Source of the DNA: Amoebidium appalachense
Taxonomy: Eukaryota > Protista > Ichthyosporea
Length of the DNA stretch: 64,000 nt
Direction of reading: 5' to 3'
Assembly: GCA_963693365.1 (NCBI GenBank)
Contig: CAVNZM010000001.1
Coordinates: forward strand, 14,618,418 to 14,682,417
A program made the position numbers and the translations under genes. The notes under the pieces were generated by a model. It was not told the DNA's origin. It worked only from the letters and a program-made list of their open reading frames with translations, and searched no databases. This document shows, in pieces, positions 1 to 14,167 of this stretch (positions within the stretch are counted from its first letter, which is position 1; every line of letters starts with the position of its first letter).

Positions 1-252
1 GCTGGGTTGGGTGTGCTTTTGTGCATGCGTGCCTGCCTGTGCATGCATCCTGTATGGGGTGTGTATGTGCACGCACACTGCTAATTAATTTATAAAGGAT
101 ATTTAAAGGGCCTCTGACGGTGTGTGTGTGGGGGGGGGGGGGGGGGGGGGGTAAAGGAAAGGGCAGGGAGGGGGGGTTGAAGGGGGGGGGGGGGGGGGAG
201 GTGGGTAGGAGGAGGGGGGGGGGAGGGGGGAGCAATATGTCCGGTGATAAAG

Positions 253-302
253 GTACTGCACGGCAAAATGAACATTGAGCACAAGTGGTACTACTCTGTA
301 CC

Positions 303-366
<64 letters not shown>

Positions 367-572
367 TCGTGCGGTGTTTGGGTTGGGTTGGGAGGAAGGA
401 AGAGGAAGGGGATGGGGGGGGGGGGGGGGGGGGGCTTGGTGTGTGCCTGCACGACCAGTCGACCCCATTACTCGTGTGCTGACATTTATCTGCTGCAGCC
501 AGTGAAGAGTTGGCAGCTGCCAAGCCACCGGGTTCACCTGCCCCTGAACGTGTCCCCGTGCATCACTCGGAG
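253..572 (+). CDS. Probable additional upstream exons of the PSD gene (~253-306 and ~500-572)
   Basis: Non-repetitive islands bounded by AG/GT that read VLHGKMNIEHK.. and EELAAAKPPGSPAPERVPVHHSE, ending in phase 0 before exon 901. Exact junctions are ambiguous. Confidence 0.45.
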
Positions 573-611
573 GTGCTTCCACCCCCCCTCCCCCCTCCCC
601 TGTGTCTCCCT

Positions 612-643
<32 letters not shown>

Positions 644-900
644 CCCCCCCAAACACACACACACACACACTCACTCACACACACACACACACCACCCCAT
701 TTACAATTACTAACGTTATTGTTGGTACTGGTAAGGCTAGAGACAACGTTGATTCACCCGGGGTTGATACTGGCACCAGTTTTTACTTGTTTCTGAAGCA
801 TTTTATATGTTGACCTGTTTTGCTTTTTTTTTAGTGTTGTCACACGTGTGGAATAATGGCGATCTTGTGCAGCTGACATGTAGCCAATGGGATTGCACAG

Positions 901-1153
901 ATGGAAGGCTCGGGTCCTGTGATTGGCCAGCTGCACGTAACTGTGGACTATGCTCCGCGCCACACTGTGGAGAAGTGGTTCTTTAAACGTCTTCTGGACG
1001 AGGTACGTGCACGTGCACACACGTGCACATCAGTCATGCATCACACACACATACATACATACACACAGAGAGAGAGAGAGGGAGAGGGAGGGAGAGAGAG
1101 AGAGAGAGAGAGTCACACACGCACACGCACACGCATACAGACACACACACACA

Positions 1154-1205
<52 letters not shown>

Positions 1206-1247
1206 CACACACATACACATGCCCTCGGACGCATGCACACACACACA

Positions 1248-1285
<38 letters not shown>

Positions 1286-1320
1286 TACATATACACACAT
1301 ACACATGCCTTCGGACGCAT

Positions 1321-1407
<87 letters not shown>

Positions 1408-1446
1408 TACATACATACACACAAATACACATGCCTTCGGACGCAT

Positions 1447-1520
<74 letters not shown>

Positions 1521-2169
1521 CCAAACGCCTACGGATGCACGGATGCGCACTCTCACTCGCACCCACTCTCACCCGCACCCACTCTACATACGCGCCCAAA
1601 CACATATTGGGTGATGGCGAGTGAAAGGTGTGTATGCACCCGTACATGCACATACACACATACAAACGTGTGCACACGCACACAAGGCACACACAAATGT
1701 GCACATACACAGGCACATACATCGCATACACCTACGCCCATGTTTACACGTATGTGCATGCACGCAAAAGATCGCTTGATAGTGGACCTGTTGCCTTAGC
1801 GCACACATGCATTTTCCCACTTTTTTTCATTCCTGTCATCAGTTTTGGCCTTTATGCTGAGGAACAGGCATCTGTAAAATGCACAGAAAGAGAAGAAAAG
1901 AAGGACAATCATTTATACAAGAGGTATCCAGAAAATTGTGCTGATTAAAACACTTGCATACTTCATCTCTCACACACGCGATTAACTGCGATGTATGTTG
2001 TTGGGCATGCATGCACTCACAGGTACACGAACACAAACACACACACACTACGATTTTCATACGTCCACACATGCGTGCATGTACATCTGCCTGCGTGCGT
2101 GCACCACAGACACACATCACATACGCAACACGCGCACGCACATCTACACACACGTGTGTGCGCGCACAC

Positions 2170-2258
<89 letters not shown>

Positions 2259-2539
2259 CGACACCAACAATGACGGTACGCTCGAACCTGCCGAAATGAA
2301 AGCTGCATTTGAGGCTATCGACTACCCCATGAGCATGCAGGATGTCGAAAATCTTTTCAAGGTGTGTGTGTGGGGGGGGGGGGGGGGGTCTGTTTGCGTG
2401 TGCGTGGGGGGGAGGGTTCTGTTTGTGTCTGTGTGGGGGGGCGGGGGTCTGTTTGTGTGTGTGGAGGGGAGTCTGTTTGTGTGTGTGTGTGTGGGTGTGT
2501 GGGTGTGGGTGTGGGTGTTCTATGTGTGTCTGTGTGTGC

Positions 2540-2601
<62 letters not shown>

Positions 2602-2626
2602 AACGCTGGGGTGTTGGTGTGTGTGT

Positions 2627-2657
<31 letters not shown>

Positions 2658-2876
2658 CGGATCTGTCGTCTGATGTATGAGGGTGTGTGGATGTATTGGT
2701 GTACGTGTGAATGTGTGGGTATGTATGGGTAGGTGGTGTGTGTGTGTGCTTGTCAATGTATTCACCAGATATATATATGCATGCACGTACATCCGCTTGC
2801 TTATTTCCATGAGACACACGCCTCACAAGCACCTGCACGCTCACACACACGCTCACACATCACACACACACACGCA

Positions 2877-2969
<93 letters not shown>

Positions 2970-3014
2970 TGCCCGTGCACACACGCACACGCACACAGAA
3001 AAACACATGCCCGT

Positions 3015-3112
<98 letters not shown>

Positions 3113-3236
3113 CGCATGGACCTGAATGGAGATGGAGTGTTGGAGGAGCAAGAACTAGTTCAGTACCTCTGCTCTGCCGAGTTTCAGTCCCGGCCCCTCA
3201 GCTACACCCTACTGGCTTTCCTTGCCAATGGTATTA

Positions 3237-3277
<41 letters not shown>

Positions 3278-3692
3278 CCTCGCCCCCTCCCTCCCTCCTT
3301 TCGTGGGTTTAGGGAGGATGCACATTAGGCTTTTTTTTATTTGTTTTTTTTTTGTTTTTTTTTTTATTGGTTGTTACTCTTTGCCTTTAGCTTTTGTTGC
3401 TTTTTTCACCCTGTGAAGCCCCCCCCCCCCCCCCCCCCCCACCAAAAAAAATAAAAATAAAATAAAATAATAATCTCAACCCTTCCCCCGGCACATCCAC
3501 ACATTTACAAATGTCATCTTTGGCTCCTCGTCTCACCAAATATCTATAACTCTCCGTATCATAATATTGTCTCAAGCGAGCCTATTCATGGGTTCGTCCT
3601 ATTGTGTGCTCATATAGACCAAGCCCGCTCACCACTCAATGAATCACTCGATTGTTCACTCACTCATCCTCCCATTTTTTTCCCTGACACAT

Positions 3693-3758
<66 letters not shown>

Positions 3759-4142
3759 GCGGCCGCACACTCACACACACTCTCATTCGTTCTCACACGC
3801 GCTCATGCACACACACCTACCTGCACACACACACGTACCTACCTGCACACACGAACACATACTCGCACCCATACACGTACATACACGTACACTTCCGCAC
3901 ACATGCACACCTGCCTTTACACATATAGGCAAGCTTGGATTAGATTCGTTGATCAACGACACATACTCCACCGTGGACAGCTTCAGGTCTGCCGAGGGCA
4001 ACCAGGTTTTGAGTGTGACAGACGGTACTACCCCCTCCCCCCCCCTCCCCCCCCCCCCTAAAAAAAATTGCCACTAATATTCCTACTCTTTTTAAAATCT
4101 ATAAAAAAATATGCCATCATACCAGGTACATTTGCACTGATT

Positions 4143-4188
<46 letters not shown>

Positions 4189-4912
4189 CGAGAAAGGGAG
4201 GGGACAGGGGTGTGTGAAAGTGGGGGGGAGGGGGGAGGGGGGTTGCTCTTGTGTGCCAGTATGCCATCTAACGGCCATGTTTCCTGCGTGTTGCTGCAGG
4301 AGAAAAGCAGATGATCGGCAAGTTGATGATCTATGACCGTGTGACGGGGCTGATTGTGGAGGAGTTTATTCCAAAGTACATTAAGATAGGTGCGTACACA
4401 GCCCAGTGTGTGTGGGTGTGGTGGTGGGGGGGATGTATGTGTGTATGGGTGGGTCAGTGGGTGTGTAGGGAAAGCGGGGGGAGGGGGGGAGGGGGGGGGG
4501 GGGGGTAGTGACTGGGTGGACGAGTTGGTGGGTGGGAGGGGAAAGGGGGGGGCAGGGGGGAAGGAGGGTGACTAAGTGGATGGGTGGGTTGGTGGGTGGT
4601 GGGTGTGCTGTGTCTCTGGGTAGTTGTGTACTTGGGGCTCTTTCTCAACAACCGTGTGATAGCATGTGATATGGCCATATTCCGATAGGGCCAAATGGTG
4701 ATCACGCCGGGACGGGTCAGGGAATCGGATAAACTGAAACCCAATGATCTGGTTGGGCCCGAGAATCCCTTTAAAAACTTCGAGCCGTTTGATTGGGACC
4801 GAGATTCCCTCTTAATTTTTTGGGTTATCACTAGTTTGCCAGATGAGTGTAACGAATTTTAGCCCTCCCCTTCCTCACCACAATCTGATGGATTATTACC
4901 CCTTCCCCATCA

Positions 4913-4945
<33 letters not shown>

Positions 4946-5515
4946 TTCTCCCTACAGCTCTCAACCTCATGTACGATGTTTCCATCGTGAAGGGCATCAC
5001 CACCTTCCGTGGTATGAACAGAGTGCTTCGATCCATGTCCCAAAAGGAGGTAAACGGGGAATCAATCTAAACCTCCCCCCCCTTTCCACCGAAAACCCGA
5101 ACGAGAGCCCTCCAAAACTACCCTTCTGTATACGTGCTCACCCACCTTACCCCACCCAACCCCACCTATCCACCTACCCATCCATCCACCCACCGCCATC
5201 GCCACCCTTGCCACTTCCATAACCACCAAGAAAGAAAAAGAGAAAAGGAAAAAAAGGGGGGGGGGGGGGGGGGGGAGGGGGGGGGGGAGGAGGGATTGCT
5301 GTCCACTAAAATGTGTTTGTTGTGTCTGTTCCGCCGGCAACTCAGGTGTGTGTGTGTGCGTGTGCGTGTGCGTGTGCGTGTGCGTGTGCGTGTGTGTGTG
5401 CGTGTGCGTGCACGTGTGTGTGTGTGTGTGTGTATATGTGTGTGGGTGTGTGGGTGTGTGGGTGTGTGTGCGCGCGCGCGTGGGCGTGGGCGTGTGCGTG
5501 TGCGTGTACGTGCGT

Positions 5516-5546
<31 letters not shown>

Positions 5547-6093
5547 GGGGGGGGGGGATCTATGCTAATGTCCATGGGGTGCAGGGAGCCAAGATGGACA
5601 ACCCAGCGTCCAAGAAGAAGATTCCAGACTTCATTGCCACCCATAACGTACATACCCCCCCCCCCCCCCTCCCCCCCCCCCCCCCCCCAGCCCACCCCTG
5701 GGCAAAAATAATAGTAGTATTAATCACAAGAAAGCACCTCTTCCTCAGTTCCCTTTCCCGGTCTACTTCTGAGTTAGAATGCATGCTATCACCTCCCTCC
5801 CTCCCCCTCCCTTCCCCCCATCCCCTCCCCCTCCCCTCCCCTCCCCTCCCCCTCCCCCCCTCCCCCCCTCCCCCCCCCCCCCCCCCCCCCCCCCCCACCA
5901 CCACCACCACCACCACCACCACCGCCGCCGCCGCCGCCGCCCTCCAGCGCCCTTCCTCGTGCAAAAACGTTTTCCCGACGCCTGGCCGATCCAACTACCC
6001 AGCACACTTACTGACCTACCGGTTTCCCTGCCTACACAACCATTTAGGACTTTCCCCGTCGCCTCTTCCACTCACCGGGCTCCTAATACCCTT

Positions 6094-6124
<31 letters not shown>

Positions 6125-6415
6125 CCCCCCTCCTCCCCCTCCTGCATAGAGTTGTCCGTCGTAGACATTGACAAAGTATTCTGTAACACATTCTTACCTG
6201 CCGTCCCTTACCCCTTCTCCTCCCCCCCCCCCATCCCCCCTTTACCTTTCAAAAACTAAAAAAAAAAAAAAAAAAACAAGCTGAACATGGCGGAGGTACT
6301 GGACCCATTGGAGGCCTTCCCCCACTTCAACGCCTTCTTCTACCGCAAGCTCAAGCCTGATGCCCGCCCAATCACGGCACTGGTCAGTGTTTCCCCTTCC
6401 CCCGCCCCCCCCCCC

Positions 6416-6454
<39 letters not shown>

Positions 6455-6510
6455 CTCCCTCCTTTTTTTCCCCCCTTTCTTCTTCTGCCCCCTCCCCCCC
6501 CCCCCCCCCC

Positions 6511-6549
<39 letters not shown>

Positions 6550-7958
6550 CGCAGGGGGGGGGGGGGGGGGGGGGGGGAGGGGCAGCAAAAGAATGCTTTG
6601 TGGCGAAGTTGGGCTTTGTGAGGTTGTGTGTGATACTGTGCATGTGTGGAGGCAGGTGGCCGCTGGTGATGGTGATGTGGGGAGGGGGAAGGTGATAGAT
6701 GAGGGAAGGGAGTTTGGAGAGAGAGAGACAGGAGGGGATGCTCGTTTTTCGTGGGGAACATAAATGGAGAACTGTAGTTTCCCTCTAATGATGCCTAGTT
6801 ATGTTCAAAAAAGGTTTCTTCAGGAAATTCGGGTCGGGTCAGATCCGAAAGAGACATACCTTTTCTGATTGGCGAGATGCGCATCTAAGAGCATTTTGGT
6901 CTGCCCCGGAAGGTCCCAAAAATCGGCCTAAAAGAAACCTCCTTTAAGTTTTTGCTCATGGAAAGGGTGCGGGTTACAGGATGACCCAACGGTGGTGGTC
7001 TCGCCTGCTGACTGCCGTATGACCGTGTTCCCAACAATCATGGACGGTGGGTGCAAGCGGTGTGCGGATGTGCGCACGTGCCTGCACGTGCACGCACGTG
7101 TGTCATTAAACATGTGTGGGTGATGGGCAGAGAAACACGTACGGGCGTGTGCATTGCATGATGTTCGTTAAAATGCGTGGGTGGTAGAGCAGGGAGACGC
7201 ATGCAGGTGTGCATGCACATTCCTGAGTACAAGCGCAACATGCACACAAAACACAGGTGTTCTCGAGCGCACATGCAAACAGAAAATACATCTCTATTGC
7301 TTCTCTTCGTCTTCTCACCCCTCGGCTGCCGTTTTCCACACTGAGCACCAGAGAGTGAAGAAGGTCTGAAAGAAGAAAAAGGGGAGAGGGGGAAGGGCGG
7401 GGGGGGGGGGGGGGGGGGGGAGGATAGTTGGTAAAGCCTGACAATATATGGGCACAGCCACGACGTTGTGGATTAAGGGGTCAGAGTTCACTATCGACGG
7501 TTTGCTTGGGCCCAGGGCTGCAGAGCTGGCCCCCCAGGTATATCTCCCTGTGTGGGTATCTCGGCAGGAAAATATCTACTCTTTTCAGATATTACAAGGG
7601 AGTCTGATACTCGGGACGGTTTGTATTTTTTTATTTTTTTTTTATTTGTTTGTTTTGTTGGGGGGGGGGGGGGAGGGGGAAGGGGGGAAGGGGGGAGGAG
7701 CAGTCGGGCGTGCAAAGGGAAGAGTTTGTCGGCCATTGGTGTTAATGTGTTGCTTTGTTGTTTCCTTTGGCTTCGCGGTTATTTTGATCCGCTTCTTTTT
7801 TGTGTTTGTGTGCGTTCTCTCCAAGGGGGAAACTGAAGGAAGGCCCCATTCTTGTCCGTTCCATTTTTTAGGGGGATTCATCAATAAGCTTGGCCAATCA
7901 CACACATCTGCACACCCAGGTCTCTCCACGCATGCTCTTCCCCCCCCCCCCCCCCCCA

Positions 7959-7989
<31 letters not shown>

Positions 7990-8125
7990 ACCCCTCTTCT
8001 CAACGCTACGCTGGTATTGTTGTGTGTGCTGACACCGGTCTCTCCCTCAGTTCTATGGCGGGTCTCTCTGCATTGCCCGGCTTGCCCCACAGGACTACCA
8101 CAGATGGCACAGCCCGGTACGCCAT

Positions 8126-8214
<89 letters not shown>

Positions 8215-8718
8215 ACACACACGGCCCGTGGGGCATTGCGGCTGCCTAGCTTAGGCTCAATATTGTGTACAACACTCTCAAACCCCCCTTCCCCCCCCTC
8301 CCCCCATTTCCCCACCCACACGTATTCAGACTGATGCTAGTAATAGTGAGTAGGAGGAGGAGGATAGGAGAGTAAAGCAAGTAGAGGTCAATTAAGCACA
8401 GACATGCACACGTAGGATCCCCCCCCCCCCCCCCCCCCCCCCCTTCCCCCCCCCAAAAAACCCCCACCCACCCCTTCCCCCTCCGACGTTTCCACCCACA
8501 CTGACACTCACTCTTTCTCTCTTTCTCTTTCCCCTCCCCCCCCCCCCCCCCCGTCCAAACAATAAACGGATGAGCTCTACAATATGTTGTAGTTTGCATG
8601 CCCTTTGGCTCCTGGGCACACATGCAGGCACACGACATGCATACACTGCTTTCTTCCAGACTTACTTTATCACTACACACACAACACACATGCGCGGGCA
8701 CGCACGCACGCACGCGCG

Positions 8719-8811
<93 letters not shown>

Positions 8812-9170
8812 AACGGGCACTCTGGGTCTTCGTACACCGATTTCCGGAGAGCTCTACACGGTCAATCCCGTTGCAGTCCGCCAGCCCCTTAACGTCTACA
8901 CAGAAAACAAGAGGTTGCCCTCACAACCATTTCCTCTGTTGCTGGATCACTATTCATGCTTGTGGACACTGTACTAGCATGTGTGCATGTGTAAACTTCT
9001 TAGGCATACATGTTGATGCGCGTACAAACATGCGCCCACGCGCACACACATACACACAGAGAGATAAAGAGATCTGGGCTCAGCACACGGTGGTTACACG
9101 CACCCACGTCCATCAGGGAACCTGGAACACACCTGAAACACAAATACACGCGCGTGTACGCGTGTTGTAT

Positions 9171-9212
<42 letters not shown>

Positions 9213-9351
9213 GCACGCACGCACGCACGCACGCACACATGCACATGCACATGCAAACATACACACACATACATACAGCCCCAATACCCCCATCTCACCT
9301 GGCAGCTCAGCATGTGAAACTTATCCCTGTCACAAAAAAGTGCACTCTTGA

Positions 9352-9394
<43 letters not shown>

Positions 9395-9817
9395 CCCCCC
9401 CCCCTCCCCTCTCCCCTCCGCCCCTCCTTCTTTCCCGTTACTTTTTCTTCTTTTCTTTCTTGTGCCCTTTTAGGTTTTTATCCTTTTTTTTTTTTTTGGG
9501 ACATGCCTGGGTGAGCAGGGAGGTGTGTGAGATCCACACGGATGTGTTTGGTCTGGTGGTGATGATTGCTGTGGGGGCCACCATGGTTGCCATCATCCTT
9601 TCTTTATTATCCAATTAATTTTTTAACATATTTTAACTTACTTTTTAAAAATGGCTGGGTGAGCAGGGAGGTGTGTGAGATCCACACGGATGCGTTTGGT
9701 CTGGTGGTAATGATTGCCGTGGGGGCCACCATGGTCGGGTCCATCGTCATCACCGCAAAGGACGGAACAAAGGTGTGTGTGTGTGTGTGCGCGCGCGCAC
9801 GCGCGCGCGTGTGTGCG

Positions 9818-9849
<32 letters not shown>

Positions 9850-10147
9850 CATGTGTGTGCCCGGGTGCACGTACGCGCGTGTGTGTGAACGTGTGCTTTA
9901 GGGCTGTTGCTCTTAGCTTTCTTTGTTTCTTCACTGCACGTCTGAATGGAGTATTCGCCGGAAAATTCCTTTTTCCCTTCTTCCATCTTCTTGTTGTTTT
10001 TCCTTTTTTCCCCACTGCCCCCCCCCCCCCCCCCCCTTCTCCTTCCGAACCCATCTTTCTACCATCCCACCTCGCCCACCGATCACCCATGCTCCCCCCT
10101 CCCCCCCACAAAACACACACACACTCACACACACACTCACACACACA

Positions 10148-10182
<35 letters not shown>

Positions 10183-10718
10183 TGACCCACCTTTCCCCCG
10201 TTTCCTTTTTTTCTCTCCAGGTTATAGTGCTTTAATGCTAATTATATTTTCTGGTGTGCAACAGATCACCAAGGGCGACGAGCATGGGTACTTTGCCTTT
10301 GGAGGTTCGACTATCTTGCTCCTCTTCCGCCCTGGCACCGTTCAGGTAGCTGTGCCTATATTTCCCCCCCCCCCCCCCAGCTTTCTCGCCACACACCCGC
10401 ACATATACCGTGGCGTTCACTCCTCTCACATACTCTTCATCATCACTAAAAAGATCAACACTCCCTAGTCCCCCACTCTATCCCGATCCTCCCCCCCCCC
10501 CCCCCTCCCCCCCCCTACCAGCCCCTACACCTCTCCCCTTGGGCCCTCCCTGAGGATGGGCTCTGCTTATGACGCATACTGTGCGCATGGCTGATTTTGC
10601 ATACTTGAATGTTTGCCTTTGCATGTGTCCTGCACCATGCTTCTCATCGTGTATGCGTACTTCGTACCGTGTTCCGCATTCAACCCCCCCCCCCCCCCCC
10701 CTCCCCCTCTCTCTCCCT

Positions 10719-10758
<40 letters not shown>

Positions 10759-11395
10759 GTCTGTCTGTCTGTCTGGCTGGCTGGCTGTCTCCCTCTCTCT
10801 CTCCCTTTCGTTCTCTCCCTCTCTCTCTCTCTCTCTCCCTCTTCCCCTCTCTCCCTCCTCCTCCCCCCCCCCTCTCTCCCCCCGCTCCTTTTCCCAAACA
10901 ATTTCCCCGCCGTTCTTCTTTCTCAGCCGGCTAGGTTTTGGGTTGCCTGGTAAGTTTGGAAATGGAGCTCTCGTCTCTGATCTGTCCACCACACGGTTTT
11001 TTTTTGTTTTTGTTTTTTTTATTTTATTCTTCTCCTCTCTCTCTCTCTCTCTCTCTCTCCCCCCCCCCCCCCCCCCCCCTTTCCCCCCTCCCTCCCTCCC
11101 CCTCCCTTCGCCCTTCGCCCTTCGCCCTTCCCCGGCCTACTCCCCCCCCCCCCCCCCCCCCCCCCTTCCCCTCCTACCTTCTTCCCCCCCCCTTCTCCCC
11201 CCCCCCCCCCCCCCCCCCCCCTTCCCCCTCCTCCTTCCCCTCCCATTTTCTCTGCACACTCAACAGGTCTTGACCAGCTCTGCACATCGTTAGTCACAAT
11301 CTTCTCTCATATATGAGAGAATGATCGTATTGGTACGATTTGTCTTATATCTGACGATTCTGCAGCATCCCTAAGACCCCCCTCCCCCTCCCCTC

Positions 11396-11441
<46 letters not shown>

Positions 11442-12376
11442 TTTTCTCTCTCTCCGTCTTTTTTTTTTTTTTTTTTTTTTTGGGCGCCTGTTGTTTTGCT
11501 TGTCATTTGTTGTTCTGGTTGATTACCTGTAATCTTCGCTTATTTATGTGTGTGTGTGTATGTATGTATGTTGTGCGGGGTTGCACACACTGGTGTCTAC
11601 TTTTCTTCCTACTGTTTTTCTCTCCACACACTTCATCTGTCCACTTCTGCATACCCCCTCTCATAGCTATAGACACACTTTACACATTGCGTTACGCGCA
11701 CGCATGCACACACCGCTCTGTTGGCGACAGCTCCCTTGGAACCCATGCGGCATGTTACCCGCCGGCGTAACATAACTCGGACTATCCATTTGGCTTTTTT
11801 CAAGCCCAAAGCAATGGGTGATACCATATTTCCGGCTGACATCCGGGGGCAAAGCTTTCCGTTCGAAGACGTTAAAGTTCCGCCCTAGTAAGCGTGTTAC
11901 TACCCTGCGGCGTGGGTCAAATCTCATATTTTCCCCTCTGATTGCGAATTCTGCGGCCTTCGGGACTTAATTCTTTTCAGCTGGTGTAGTATGTTAGCCA
12001 GGGAAGTATCGACTTAGGTGGCGACGGGGGAGCTTTCTAGAAGCCCCGTCTCCTGAGTTCCTATCTATTTTCTTCTTGCTTCTGCTTACTGCTGCAACTT
12101 TAACCCCCGGCCTTTCCCACTGCCCTTGCCTGCATAAGCAACCCTGCTCGTCTCTGATCAAGACAGGTGACCTACCCATGTTCAAGTGAAACAGTATCTG
12201 AGTTGGGTTTCGTTAACGAGGTGAATAGGTCGAAACTCGGATACTGTGGATGACGTGGGCCCCCCCTGAGGATGGGCTCTGCTTATTATGCATCCTCTTT
12301 ATGTATGGCTTGCATTCTGCATCGTGTTATCTGTTTGTTCTTGTGTACTTCGTACTTTTTGACGCATTCAAACCCC

Positions 12377-12429
<53 letters not shown>

Positions 12430-12915
12430 ACCACCACCACCACCACCACCCTCGCCCCAACCCAACCCCATCCGCCGCCACCCCTACCCCACCCCCATCT
12501 CCACCCCCACCCACGCCCCTTGTGCTGCCGCCCCACATACATGCACACACACCCTGGCAGCCACACACACATACACACACGTGCACGCACCCGCGCTCAC
12601 ATACCCACACACACATACACACACGCACACATTGCCAAAGCTGCATGCTTTTATGGCTGTGCTGATGTGAAAAGGGTTTTTGGCCCGAACATCTCACGTG
12701 CATATGGTACTATATCTGTGCACTGAAGGATATCTCCCGCCATTGTGAGTCATTACTAAAACCTCTCTTCCAATGTTTCTCAAACGTCCGGACATACACA
12801 AACTCGCGCGCATTCCATGTGCACATCCGCGCACGCACCCATACACATGAGCACACACGCACACATGGACATACAAGCACACACAAGCCCCCCTCCCCAA
12901 TCCCCTTTGCCCACC

Positions 12916-13003
<88 letters not shown>

Positions 13004-13013
13004 CACACACAGG

Positions 13014-13069
<56 letters not shown>

Positions 13070-13162
13070 GACGCCGACCTTGTAGAAAACAGCCGCAAGC
13101 CCCTTGAGACATTGGTCAAGGTGGGAATGAAGATTGGCCAGGCTACGCGCAGGCATGCCTGA
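901..13162 (+). CDS. PSD2: Phosphatidylserine decarboxylase proenzyme, type II (C2/EF-hand-containing), spliced; 5' end upstream or uncertain
   Basis: GT-AG exons with consistent phases: 901-1002, 2257-2361 (EF-hand [13 protein letters not shown]), 3113-3230 (EF-hand [13 protein letters not shown]), 3929-4024, 4300-4389 ([19 protein letters not shown]), 4958-5049, 5585-5647, 6281-6382 ([17 protein letters not shown]), 6980-7046 (VVSPADCR), 7458-7537 (LWIKGSEFT), 8051-8116 ([13 protein letters not shown]), 8810-8913 ([16 protein letters not shown]), 9667-9772 (VGATMVGSI), 10265-10345 (GYFAFGGST autocleavage motif), 13067-13162 ([19 protein letters not shown]). Motifs match yeast Psd2 and plant PSD2/3-type enzymes. 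Confidence 0.93.
1040..3110. repeat. Representative intronic (CA)n/(TG)n and poly-G/C microsatellite blocks (pervasive in 1-16.5 kb and 43-64 kb)
   Basis: Directly visible; source of most of the spurious HT/CV/P/G-rich ORFs. Confidence 0.95.
9519..9585 (+). other. Partial tandem duplicate of PSD exon 9667-9772 (pseudo-exon or alternative exon)
   Basis: Same acceptor context (ctgggtgagcag) and 67 nt matching 9667-9733 with 3 substitutions; followed by gttgcc. Confidence 0.85.
10378..12372 (+). mobile_element. 5'-truncated, rearranged copy of the Penelope-like element in the last PSD intron
   Basis: Starts in a C-run with the last ~29 codons of the PLE ORF ([28 protein letters not shown]). 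Blocks match the reverse complement of 50820-48309. Ends CATTCAAA followed by a C-run. Confidence 0.92.
12132..12286 (+). ncRNA. Candidate structured RNA 'module 1', variant A (PLE 3' end)
   Basis: Stems ATAAGCA/TGCTTAT, CCCATG/CGTGGG, CAGTATCTGAGTT/AACTCGGATACTG and pseudoknot GACCTA/TAGGTC. Compensatory changes versus variant B at 49699-49859. Confidence 0.6.
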
Positions 13163-13541
13163 GTGTGTCCTATATATGGTAGCTGCCAAACATGGAAGGG
13201 TAGCTGCCAAATATGATATCGGTCAAGATGCCACCAACCATGTTTACAGTAGGGACAGTGGTTCTGTATGTAGTGGCATCACACGCACCGTATTGCATCG
13301 CATGTGTTGGGTCATGCAGCATATTTTTTCATTGTTTGTATTCCCCTCCCCCCCCCCCCCCCCCCCCCCCCTTTTTTTTAGTTCAGCCGCATCCCCCCCC
13401 CCCCCTATTTTCTACAGTGTTCATGTGTGGGGTGATGCCTTAATATACTGGCAGTTATTTTTAGTGGGGATTTGGCTGGATCGCCCCACGTTTTACTTCT
13501 CTGTTTTCCTCTCTCATTTTTTTCCTCCTCCTCTATAAGGT

Positions 13542-13572
<31 letters not shown>

Positions 13573-14111
13573 TGTGTTTGATGTGTTTCCCGTGTGAAGG
13601 GGAGGGTTTTGGGGAGGAAGGGGGTATTTGACGTTCATTTTCTCCCTGATATGTAAGGTGTGCATACTGGGGTGGTAACCTTGTTTGTACAAAATCCACT
13701 AGCTATATAGCACATAGTTGCCAGTATGAGTGTACATGTAGCAATATCTCATGATAGGTTTTGTACGTTTTACGTACGTTCTTGCCTCATTTCTTTCGGT
13801 TCGACGCTTTCTTGTTCTGTATTAGACGAACCCATGCACCAAGAAATGAACTTTACTTCCACTTTAGTTTTTAATACAGGCTGCTGCTGCGTTTTAGATT
13901 ATACCTAAGCCACAGCTGGCAAAAAAGGTGCAATATAAGGACCCTGGTATGTATATGAGAAGGTGTGTGTATGCGTACATTAAATAAACATGATCGATAG
14001 GTTGCCAGTTTCGTCTTATTGCCCTGGTGTCAGCCTCGCACCCACCACACACCCACACACCCATCCACACACGCTACACAAAGGCACGCGCACACGCGCA
14101 GATGCGCGCTG

Positions 14112-14167
<56 letters not shown>

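Noticed and set aside
12150-12280. Hammerhead ribozyme from CTGAGGA/CTGATCA plus GTCGAAAC
   Set aside because: Core elements are in the wrong order or lack the required stems, and CTGAGGA is not conserved in diverged tails.
11633-12726. Recurrent short ORFs (MRFDPRRR.., MTWAPPEDG.., [13 protein letters not shown]..) seen at three loci
   Set aside because: They recur only because the repeat copies are near-identical; there are no domain motifs and they are not preserved in the diverged B unit.
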